Assembly (NCBI RefSeq): GCF_000315625.1
Contig: NW_005434668.1
Coordinates: 1,034,981 to 1,098,980 of the forward strand
Reading direction: 5' to 3'
Length of the DNA: 64,000 nucleotides
Source of the DNA: Guillardia theta CCMP2712
Lineage: Eukaryota > Protista > Cryptophyta
Of the stretch, positions 37,930-48,977 are shown in pieces. The notes under the pieces are model-generated. The model was not told the origin of the DNA and did no database searches. It worked only from the letters and a program-made list of their open reading frames with translations. A program made the position numbers and the translations under genes. Numbering within the stretch: the first letter of the stretch is position 1; each line of letters starts with the position of its first letter.

Positions 37930-39659
37930 TTTACAGCTTTGAATCCAGGGCAACTACCTTAGCAACGATGCTTTCTAATCTGTATCTGGTCCAGAATATA
38001 GCTCACCAGTGACAATGCATCAAATTTGATGGGGAGTCGATATATATCTCACAGCAAGCAGGCCATTTTCTGCAAACAAAATAAGAACAGCTGATCGATC
38101 CCGAAAACAGCATCATGTTTTCATTTATCTCCTCTTACTCGTATCCTTGTAAGAATCGAAACAAACATCACCCAAATCCATAACAAGATGTTGTTCATTG
38201 GTTTCAATCCTCTCTACTTCTTCAATCAATCGCCTTAACTTCTCCTCCCTTCAGCCTTCTCTCGCTTTCACAAGAGCTCCGCCTCACACACCATTCTTGC
38301 ACCCGGGATCGGGGTGACTACCCTTCACACCCACCCCTTCACCTTCTACCCCTACCTCCATTTTCTCTCTCAAATTTTGAGGTAGGTACGAAAAGGTGGG
38401 GTCATTTTGAGTGATATCAAAGCACAAATACCAGGTAGGGTAATCATTCAATCAGTAGGGGAATGAATTCAGGGTAGGGGTTCCCTTGTACGACCCGTTT
38501 GCATTGGAACTTTACTCACCACCCTCTGAGACTCTGATGGGTTTGGAAAGGTCAAATTTAGCAGGTGGGGGTAGATGCTGTTGGGGTGTAAATCACTATT
38601 GATGGGGTAGAGAACTGATCAATACAGGAAGATACCATCCTATACATAGTCTTTGCTATGATATTTTGTGGGTAGGGTTTCACAAGGAGGGGTATATTCA
38701 AACTTTTGAGGGGTAGGGGTAATAGATTTGCTTTTCGTTAGGGTGGGGTGTAGGTGTAGATGTTAGGTTGGGGTTGTTTGCATACTCAGCCGGGGTAGTT
38801 GTACAATAGGGGAAGGAGGCCGTGCTGATAGGAATTCAGGGGGTGGGGGTGTTCACACAATCGTCCTCGTGTACAACACATAGTAAACATGTGTGATTCC
38901 TCGATTGCAGTAATAAGATCAAATGCCTATCACTTCTTCTGCGCGTTCAGAATGTTTTTCCCCAAGTGACGGACGGGGGGCGGCCAGCCCGCGCCACACT
39001 GAACTGAACTGGCCCGTCAAGTTATCCGGCCGGGCCGACGGGTCCCGGGGAGTCCGACTGATGAGTCACCGGGTGGCAGACTCCGCTTCTCAATATGCGG
39101 GCCCGCCTCTGACGTTCGACCGTTGGTGTTAACTTCCAGTTGAGTACGCCGGGCGGCATGCGGGCCAGATAAGGGCAAATGGCGATTCCTCTTCAGAGTC
39201 ATGCAGCGCCATGGGCGACACCTACCTACTCGCAGCCCTAGCCCAGTGCTTGTGGCCGCCCATGGCAGGTCGCAGTGTGCGGTCAGGGGGAGCGGCACGC
39301 GGCGCCAGCCTCCTCCTCCTGGGTCGTCTCACGCACTCCCGGGGATCAATTTAGTCAACCCTGAGTCCACGTTGAGCTCCTGGTGGGCGGTGAATCCACT
39401 GGCATGCGGTGGGGGGAAGAAGGCCGCCGATGCTGCGAACGCGGCTGGCGGCATGCAACTGAGCGATTCAAGAGTGCAGCTTGAAGTTTGTGTTGCTCTG
39501 CCGCTCAGTGCTTCTGTTCCTGTAACACTGGATGTCCAGTTTACTGAACTTCAAATCACAAGTGCTCAGTGCCAGACTTTGAACCAACGTGCAAGGAAGC
39601 AGACGGTTCATCAAATAGAATGTATTGAAGGCCGCGCCACGATTCTGAGTTGATCCGAA

Positions 39660-41513
39660 ATGAACGGTTTCGTCGGAGTTGGCTTCAAACTGCTGTTCGT
39701 CTTTTGCTTGATCCACCTGTGGATTTCAGTTCGGCGAACTAGACGAGTCCACTCGTCCCGGTCCGGCGTGTCGGCTCTTACTGCCATTGTGGAGCGGATA
39801 CAGAATGTGGAGTTCCGGGTTAGGATGGACGCGACTGAAGCTTTCTTCTCCGAGCGCACCGAGACCTGGGTAGAGTGCGCGGACGGTGAAAAGCGAACTT
39901 GCTTTCCCCAGTCCTCCAACTTCAGTTTGACGCCGCAGTCCAACCTCCAACTTTCTTCCTCCTACCGCTTCCACGGCTTCACGTCATCGGAAGTGTTGAC
40001 GAGTGACAGGCCCGAGGACCGCGGGCTCTTCTGCTCCCCCGGCCAAGTCCCCTTGCATCTGTGCCGGGAGAACCCATCGGAGAAGAATGCGGTACTAGCC
40101 ATCCTCGTGCCGTCGAAGCCGCGTTACATGCGAGCTGCCCTGATGCCGGAGGAGGGGGGGGGCTTGCAGGAGGTCAGAAGTACTCGGAGGACGCGGTGGT
40201 TCCACAACATCGAGATCGTGCCAAGGGAGCAGTTGTCGTACCGCCAGGTCAAACTCAAAGGAGGGGAAAGGGCGATTTCTGTTGCGTGCGAGGAAGACGA
40301 GAAGTGTGCGGGGTTTGACAACCGCGGAAATCTGTACAGAAGTGCGCAGCGAGCAGATCTTATCCACCTTAGCAACACGTCGACGACGCGATTCTATACG
40401 AAGAAAAGGATATCAGCATTTCCGCAGCCATTCTTTGACGCCCAGAACCGCGTTTGGAAGTTATACGACTCTGACCTGCCGGAGGATGCAAGCGTTGTTG
40501 ACAAGTGGTCGGGTAATGTGAAGCATTTGGCCGAAAGATGCAGGAATTCGAGCCAATCGTGCTTCGCTTTTCATGAAAACGGCCGAATTATCGAAAAATC
40601 AACGTTTCCGGCGTTTCATTCGATGAAGCAGGATTCTGTTCTTTACTTCAGAGAGGACCCTGGGCCCTCCGACTACTTGATACCAACAATTAACAGCATC
40701 TTGTCCGAGACAGGCTTCTGCAAAACTAACATGTTTCAAGGGAAAATTCATATTTACGTTGTCGATACATCAGAGGATGGGCGCAATGACGCGGCGGCCT
40801 ACCTGTCAAAAACGTACCGGAACATGACTTGTCTGTCGGTTCTCAACGGGTTCGAGTACGGCAGGTTGCAGGAGCACGCTCTGCCGGCCTGGGGGGTCCC
40901 GCGGAACGGCAAGCGGACGGAGGTGAACCAGACCCTCGATATTGTGTCTGCTGCACAAATTGTTCAATCTAGGTCCCCCAAGGCTTTTTTTTTACTGTGG
41001 GAGGACGACTGCAAGATGTGCGCCGGGAGCCTCAGGCTGCTCGAAGAGGCTCTGAACACCATAGGAGAAGCCAGAAGGTCACCAGCCCAGAGCGCTGCCG
41101 CTGTTTCCCACCGCCAAACCGCGGATTTCTGCGTGTTAAAGATAGGAAATGGAGGGTCAGGCCTGCTGATCAATCATGTGTACGTTGGCCAGGCCATCGC
41201 GTTCTGGAAGAAATCTCGTGGACTGGACAATCATGATGTGGCTCTATACAAGTTCTGCAACGGGATGAACTTGTCGCAGTTGAAGTCAAATCAGATTTAT
41301 TCTTCTCACCAGGGGCAAATCACCTCGTTCAGAGATACGGAGAGCATCAGTGAACTGGTGAAGCACCTCTGGCCCCGAAAGAAGTGCTTTTCCACTCTCA
41401 ACGAACAGTGGGGGAAGTACGTTAAATGTCCCCACGACTTCATGTATCAGAGTTGGGCGTGTTCAACAACGGAACCGGACTCGAAAACAAAGTCAAAGAG
41501 CAGCCGTCGGTAA
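39660..41513 (+). CDS. Type II membrane GT54 (MGAT4/GnT-IV)-like glycosyltransferase with inserted Cys modules; single long ORF
   Basis: N-terminal TM; LAILVPSKPR...DYLIPTINSIL, QTLDIV, LLWEDD, SHQGQITS correspond to GT54 GIPTVxR-SYLxxTL, KQNLDY, LEDD, QHxGxxSS. Confidence 0.7.
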   Translation: MNGFVGVGFKLLFVFCLIHLWISVRRTRRVHSSRSGVSALTAIVERIQNVEFRVRMDATEAFFSERTETWVECADGEKRTCFPQSSNFSLTPQSNLQLSSSYRFHGFTSSEVLTSDRPEDRGLFCSPGQVPLHLCRENPSEKNAVLAILVPSKPRYMRAALMPEEGGGLQEVRSTRRTRWFHNIEIVPREQLSYRQVKLKGGERAISVACEEDEKCAGFDNRGNLYRSAQRADLIHLSNTSTTRFYTKKRISAFPQPFFDAQNRVWKLYDSDLPEDASVVDKWSGNVKHLAERCRNSSQSCFAFHENGRIIEKSTFPAFHSMKQDSVLYFREDPGPSDYLIPTINSILSETGFCKTNMFQGKIHIYVVDTSEDGRNDAAAYLSKTYRNMTCLSVLNGFEYGRLQEHALPAWGVPRNGKRTEVNQTLDIVSAAQIVQSRSPKAFFLLWEDDCKMCAGSLRLLEEALNTIGEARRSPAQSAAAVSHRQTADFCVLKIGNGGSGLLINHVYVGQAIAFWKKSRGLDNHDVALYKFCNGMNLSQLKSNQIYSSHQGQITSFRDTESISELVKHLWPRKKCFSTLNEQWGKYVKCPHDFMYQSWACSTTEPDSKTKSKSSRR

Positions 41514-43875
41514 AGGTGAGTTACAAAGATGTACGGTGGACGAGGCGATGACCAAGTGAATAGCAGAAAGCAGCTTGGGGTAGATGATCAAGAATCCGAT
41601 CATTCAGCATGGAAATTGCTGAAAGATTACCGTGCTTCACAATAACAAAAGGGAGGGTGAGGTCGCGTCAATTAGAACTCTGACAGAGAATTATTTTTTA
41701 TTAACATAAATCTTAAAATCTGATCCTAACTCCTTGAAAGAACATTCTTTTCTTCAAGTAGCTGCAGGTTGTTTCAAACTTTTTGCCCTAGCATCATCTC
41801 TACACAGTCAACGACACCCTTGAAGTTTTCCCTCTTCACGTCAGGTCTTGAAGAACCACTCGTCGAAGCTGCTTCCTTTCTCAACACAATAACATCATGT
41901 ATCAACGTTGCCTGATTGTGCTATACTCTTACACATGCCTTCGTCCAGAAAAAAATTCAACCATTTCTAAGGAAACTAGTGCTGCTTTCTCAACAAGTCT
42001 GATCGCGTGTGTTGATCGAAACGCATGAAAATTTCTCCTTTGCGAAAACCAGATCGTTTTGCATGCAATGGCTATTACATACACATTTCTTTGATTTTGT
42101 AGATTTTCCAAGTGTATCATTCTTCTTATCCTGCATCCTTACTCTTCACACCCTTCATAAGAAAGAATCATCGCAACAAAACAATCATCTCAGACACTTT
42201 GCAGGAACAGCATTCCAATTAAACAGAGGCCTCACGTTCTTTTCAAAAGGTTATGAAAGAGAACCAATCTTTTCTTGCTATGGAACTAGCTAGTTTCATA
42301 CTGTTAACTTCAGTGAAATCGACCTGTTGACAGTGCTAGGTTGTACCATGTTAAGGTTTTGATTCACTATCCCAGCTTGCACCTCCGGAAACTCACAAGA
42401 TCCCTCTGATCTCGTTGTCGCTCATTCCCTCCGTCATCAAAATGCATCTCTTTTCAGCCTCTCCCTCTTTCCCCGCCCCGCCTCCCTCTTGCAATTCCTC
42501 ACGCGAGCATGCCCTGGCTGTAGGAGCATTCTTGCAAACCTTAGCGTTGGGGTAGGGTGCAATTGGCCGCGTCAGAAAGGGTGGGGTACTTCTGGTAGGA
42601 TTCCCCACTTTGAAATGATTTGGGGTGGGTCTGTTGGATTTTAAAGGGGTGGGTGGTTTGCTGCTCATGTAACGGTTTCCGGTTACAAAGAAAATGGGCC
42701 TGAGGGGGTCGGTGGGCTTGTTTGTTTGCGCTGCAATCAAAGTTGTGGTCAAAACATCAGTCAACTCAGGGGCATTGGTCAAATGGTTCAAAGGAATCGT
42801 TTTGATTTCTCAATGTTTCGTTCAAGACAGCGAATCCGGCTCTTAAAATAGACTGTGACGGTCTTGATCTTTAGAACAATCTTTGAAAACATATATTTTC
42901 GATTATTTAAATACATTTTAAAGCAAGACCTGTTTTGCTTTCGTTTACACGTGCAGCAGTAGTTGCTTATTTGACAAGAAATGAACTAATAAGATATATG
43001 ATACCTATTTTCAATACATTTTAACCCCTTTGTGCTATCAAATAACCAACTTCATCTATTATTAACGAAGTTCGCTCTATAAGACTCGTCATGTGGCTTT
43101 CAAGTCCGGAGGAACCCCCACCCATGACCCCCCACCCATTAAAGAATGCGTCTACCCACCATCTTAATCTCAAGCCTCTATTCTTCAAGTGCACCCACCC
43201 TATTTCAAATATACGCAATGTATGGATCAAGTACCCTCTCATTTTTACTATCTAGTACCGGTATGATAGGTTTTGAATTACACCCACCTGTCTCATCCAG
43301 CAATTATATACTACCCCCTACCTATACTTTATTTTAACACCCCTTAGTTTAATCCAAGTACCCACCTGTAGCCACCTATTTTTGGGCCCACCCCTTTCTT
43401 TCTGTGACAGTACAAAGTTCACCCACCCTTCATCTTTTTTCTCGGTTACATGGAACCGGGTACTCTAGCTCCTTTTATGGGGAAAATTACCGGGTACTCA
43501 TGAACGGACTGATCACCCCTACCCTCCCCATGGGTGTCCGAACATTCCCCATAAAAATCCATTGAGACCTTGCGGTATTCCCACTCGTCCGTTCCCGCTC
43601 CCCTGGTACTGCTCGCGCTCTTCCCGCCTCCCTCACTCTTCCGCTCCTCCTTCAGCCATCTTCCTGCCTGCATCTCATCTCATCCTCTTCCTCTGTTTCT
43701 CTCATCCATTCTTGGCTCTTCCTGGTGATCTCATCCCCTGATCCTGTTTGCGCCCGTCACTGCGCCCTTCCTCCCGAGGCCCTTCGTCGCCAGCGTCTCG
43801 GTTCCTAATTCTCATCCATCCTTCTTCCGTTCTCTTCCGGTCCGCTGGGATTTCGTGCTACACTACTTCTAAGAG

Positions 43876-44340
43876 ATGCTGAGCATCCGCTACTTGTTCT
43901 TCTTTGCCCTTGTGGCAGGTTCCGCCGACGCTTTCCGTGGAATCAGTGGCCAATCGCTGCAGCCTTTTCCTCACAACTGCGCGGAGATTTCTCGTTTCGA
44001 TGCGGCGAGAAGAGACCGTGATCAGAGATCAGAAAGCCTGTCTCCTCCTCTGAGAAGTAGCGCGCTAAGAGCTAGCATGGAGTGTGACGTGTCGTCGAGC
44101 AACGCAGTGGGCGCTGCGAAGCAAGCAGTCGTGCTGGAGGAGGGGATCAAGAGCAGCTCCGCTGTCATCACGAATGAGGCCACGGGGTTCTCTTGGATTC
44201 CAGTAGGGGGAACATCGAAGGGCAGAAGTGTGGAGCAGTGTAGATCTTTCTCTTCGAGGAGCAAGGAGGAGGTGCCGTACCATGCCAACTCCATGGGTTT
44301 CGCCTGGATCCCTGTGAGCAGCCAGGCGGCGGCAGAGTGA
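43876..44340 (+). CDS. Small single-exon plastid-targeted orphan protein with a duplicated GFxWIPV motif
   Basis: MLSIRYLFFFALVAGSADA-F leader, transit-like region ending LRSSALRASM; TGFSWIPVG and MGFAWIPVS. Confidence 0.75.
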   Translation: MLSIRYLFFFALVAGSADAFRGISGQSLQPFPHNCAEISRFDAARRDRDQRSESLSPPLRSSALRASMECDVSSSNAVGAAKQAVVLEEGIKSSSAVITNEATGFSWIPVGGTSKGRSVEQCRSFSSRSKEEVPYHANSMGFAWIPVSSQAAAE

Positions 44341-44439
44341 AGAAACCATGTACTATCTTGTTGAAGTTGTTAACGCAGTCGATTTGTCGATGTGTATTTA
44401 TTTTGAACTGAAAGATGTAAACATCTGTATTTTGTGTCA

Positions 44440-47404
44440 GAAGTTTCAAAGCTGAGTGGTGTCGCATGTCCATGGGGTCCAGGCGAAGTCGAAGACGACT
44501 TGCTCGCTCACTAGCTCTCTCCTCATCTGATCATCATGTCAGACGTGCTGCCGCACTATCACTACACAACAATGAAGGCGGCTCCTCGGTTCTGCCAGGC
44601 ATGCGATCCAATCAAGGCTTTGCTTCCTAGAACCTTGATGGGCAAGTTAGAGCATTACAGGACGGCAAGACTCACGTGGACAGGACTTCCGAAGAAAGCA
44701 TCTCTCATCTGTTGGCAGCTTGTCAGAGCAAATTCTTCCTGCTCCTGCTGCACCTGCATGGCACGCGGAACACACTGAACCTCTAGGCAAGGACCAGCTT
44801 TGATCGCTCCGTTGGCATCTGGAAGATTTTATCTCACATCACGAGCAAGTCTTGCTCGGCAACCGGCTCCCGGACAAGCGTAGTCTGTCCTTGTTTGATC
44901 GCCGTTGGGATTGGCCGGAGTTTCGGAGGAGGAAAGGCCAGGGCCGAGATGAGTCTGAGAAGAAAGTCGATAAGTAGAGTAAGGAAAGGAATATTGACAG
45001 TCTGACCTGTAAGACCTCGTACTTGGCCCTTAAGTTTGCAGTGGCATAAAGCTCTGTGCAGTTTGGAGAGAGAGGACAGGAGATAAACACTGCAGCAGAC
45101 TGCTGTCAGGATGACGCCAGTCCCTTCCCCTTCACCTTGCTGGACCCCACCCCCCCTTCCCCCCCCCCCGAGCACAGACATACCGTCGCAGTATTTGTCT
45201 TGAAGGCCCCATGAGTCAAACCCTCCTGCCATTGCAAAAACTTCACGCTAAGGGGGCGAATCATGTTTCGAAACCTTGGTATCTCTCGAATAGATAAATC
45301 TCATCACTCCACCCTGGAAGGTATCTTTACCATGACAGCAAGGTTCAGTGCTGTTTGTCGCATACCGTGCTCCGAATAATCGCAATAACATATCGAGATC
45401 CCTGTTGCTGGGCTGCACGACAATCATCAAATTCTTTGCAAACATCCTGCAAGATCGGAGGGACCTCAAAGGAGTGTAACACTTGCGATCGATGCAGGAG
45501 GAGCGAGAAACTGTTAGGCAAACGCTGAGATCCCCTGAACGATTGTAGCAAGGGCCGAGGAACACATGCTGGTGTTGCTTCTGGTCAGAACAAAAGAGTG
45601 GGGACTGTAGTTTTCTTACTCGTCCAAACATTGTGTCCTCGATCTCATCCATGGCCGAAACTTTCTGCACAATCGTCAGCCATCACCCCACAGCTGCTGA
45701 CGATACGCGCACCTGGGACTGTCCGACGTAGTCACTTTCATTCCTGCCAGAGGAGGACAAGTTCTTGGTCTAGACATGAGAAGGTCAAGCACATTGAGAA
45801 TGTTTCGCATCCATGACTGAGACCTGAGGGAAAGAATCATCACCAGCCCTGTTGCTGTACAGGTACACGCTGCCATGCCTACAAGCCAACCATTGAGCTG
45901 ATAACTAACTGTGTCAAGGTAGATAACCTGTGCCGGTCGTAACCTTCTCCTAAGATACCAGCGGTCGAGTCCATGTACGCTCCAACAGCGACAACTGCAT
46001 GGGAGCCTGGACAGTGCGGAAGGGTGAGGAGGACGCGGCCAAACCCTCCAGCTCTCACAAGGATCCTTGAGGTTGCACCAGGCATACCCAGTGACAGGAT
46101 CAGCGCGTCCACTGAGACCATCCGACCAGGCGAGCTCCCCTAAGTCATTGCAGCAACTGCGACCTCAATCAGAGCAGCCAAGTTTCTTAACGCTCAAATT
46201 GACCCGAGTATCGACACAGAGTTGCCGAAGTTGTCCATGTCCCTGTGGCACGTCCAGTCCCCTGCATCTACAGCGTTACCCCAGCTGCAACCTCAACCCC
46301 ACACATCAGAATACCTGCCTTCCCCGTCGTTGACAGAGGGGAGGCGCACCACGACGGAGCTGCGGCTCCTTCCGGCTCAGGCACAAGTTCCTGATGCAGG
46401 TTCAGCTGTGTAGCCTGCGAGGGCGATCGACCTTTAGCAGTTCCCATCCTGCACACTGGTGTGTGGAAGGATTGACGCTGGAGCAGCGGAAGAGGAAGGC
46501 CATTCCCGCTGACCACTCTCGAGCGTTTCTTCCGTTGCATTGGGGACAGCCGATCACGAGGTAACGCCCCGAGATCGCGACGCTGGTTGTCATGGCAGCA
46601 TCAAGGGTTAACAACAAAAATGCAACTGACCTTGTCCCAAAGTGTTCATATCCTTCAACAGTGTACGATGTGTTCTCTAAACTGAAAGAACTGACAAGAC
46701 CCCAGTTATCCTCCCCTCCAATGTTCTTCTGATACACAAACGCCATCTAGCAATGATGTCAACAGCGCTCACAAGGTTGAGTATACGTACCCCCGACTCC
46801 GAGGCGTTGCCAGCTGTCTTGAGAGGGGCCCCGACCAGGACGACGTTCATCATGTCATCCACGGAAACAGCTGAGCCAAACCTCTGACCCGCCTCTCTGT
46901 CCGGAGGAAAGATTTGATTTCTCTGACCCCACCACCTACATGGACCGGAGGTGAGACGAGCAAGACCAAGAGCGCCTGCCATGCCCACCTGCTGCCGTCT
47001 CGGTATCCCGTCTCGTTGTATCCTCCCACTAACTCGTCCACATAATCTCTTGCAAAGATATACACAGCTCCCGATCCTCGTCCTGAAACGTTGCAGTCTC
47101 CCGCCACCAGTGGCATGGAGCATGGAGCATAATCTGCTCCGATGAAGGCAAGGTCTGCCGTGAGGGCTACGCTCCTACCGAACCTGTCTCCTTCACTGCC
47201 ATCCTTGGCCTGCAGGATCCGATCGAACTGGCTGAGCGATCGATCGACTTGCGAGAGGTCGGCAAAGGTCTCTACGTGGACCACAGCAAGGAGCCCCAGG
47301 AGGAGCAAGAGGAGCGGACGGATGTGCGGCCGTGAGGTGCGGGGAGGAGGGGGAGGAGGCTTGCTAGGGGAACGACAAACGGCGAAAGGCAATGCAAGCA
47401 CCAT
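44440..47404 (-). CDS. Secreted FG-GAP repeat (integrin-alpha-like beta-propeller) protein, many exons
   Basis: Hydrophobic leader; GDRFGRSVALTADLAFIGA, GSGAVYIF, RFGSAVSVD..VLVGAP, HFGT|SVAISGRYLVIGCP, VVAVGAY, AFFGSPV..ALIGS; 3' end approximate. Confidence 0.85.
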
Positions 47405-47642
47405 GGATCATGGCGTCGTTGACTGCTTTTTTGTCTTTGACTTTTTTTTTTAGGAGCAAACGTCATGTTTAAATAGGCGTGTAGAGATTGGGAGGGGAAG
47501 ACAAGGTAGAAGGGATGGAGCGAGGAGAGGATTCATGCTGAAAGCTTGCAGGGGGAGGGAGGGGAGGAACAAGCCTCACAAGCAGTGCCTGCTATACTGC
47601 TATTCTCTGATAATCCTGACAGATTGGAATGAGATTCAGAGT

Positions 47643-48913
47643 TTATATCGAAACAAGATCCAGTATGAGAAGTACACAGTTACAGATGAATTCATAAATT
47701 TTCATCTGGACCAGATTAAGAGGAGGGGCAGGAGGAGGAGATTGGGAAGGAGGAGGAGAATGGGAAGGAGGAGGAGGATGGGAAGGAGGAGGAGGAGTAC
47801 GAGAGAGGGTTTTTTTAGTGACGTCTTAGAAGCATCTGATTTTCCATTACCCGCAGGTGTTGTCATTGCACTTGCAAGGCTGTAGATGATGGAGGGGATG
47901 GGGAACGAGAAGGAGAGATTTTGTCTCCTTCAAGGCAGCGGGGACAACAAGGTTGCACTGGCGATGTTGTACACAATGAGCTGACCAAGTGAAACAGGCT
48001 ATCAGGTTGAACGACAACTTTCCATTCACCTTTGGAAGAGATCGATGCAACAGGTACAGTCAGATTCACATGTCAAGGAATCACATGGATGCAGTTTACA
48101 GATCAGAGATCGATCGATCTCGAAACAACATCTCACAGTTTCATGGGCGTCATATTTTGACATGAATGAGAAGAGTGGCTTTGTGTTACAGGTATGAATG
48201 GTGCGCAAATCAATGAGCTGCATGAAAGTATCTGTAACAGGATCATTCAAGAAATGGCACTTGGTTGAGGCGAGGAGAGAAAACGATCTTGCTTCGAAGA
48301 ACTCGGATACTGTTGCAGGCATGTTTTCGTTGTCAGGGGAAACATGATTGACAATGCTGTTCAGGAAAATGACATCTTCTCTACTGCCAACATCTTTGCC
48401 ACACCCAACATAGATGAGGTTGATCTGAATGTTCTATGATCAACTCGCTGGGAATGAAGGCTTTGCCAGAAAGAAAACAACTCAAACATGAAATATCAGA
48501 GCCATGAGATCTTCACTTTCAAGGTTGAATGTTATCAAACTTAAGGGATTGTCTGAATTATTGCAGGCGGTTGATTCATACAGTGTGAGTTCTTCTGGAC
48601 CAGCAGGAATCAAGACAGGGGTGGACAACAAGGCAAGAGAGACACGGTGAATGCAATCATGCTGATTAGTTCCTTTCTCGTGACTGACATTGATGTCCAG
48701 CACCTCTGATAGAGAAATCGTCTTCAAGCGGAGAATTCCTCTTTCATCTTTGAGAGACCGCAATGACTCAGTCTTCAGCGACATTCCCCCTCCACCACCA
48801 CGACCAGATACTCCGCTAGGATAGGACTTTCTCCTCCTCTTCTCTCAATGTGCAGAAACCTTTCCTGAGCACGAGTCGTCTCTCCCCCTCCCTCCCTCCC
48901 TCTCCCCCTCCCT

Positions 48914-48977
<64 letters not shown>

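Noticed and set aside
36900-38300. Initially suspected transposon remnant
   Set aside because: Mostly explained by TRIC exons; no transposase or RT motifs and no terminal repeats
41700-42440. Possible small minus-strand gene starting MTEGMSDNEIRGIL with a GTGAGT donor
   Set aside because: Could not build a continuous spliced frame; left unannotated rather than excluded
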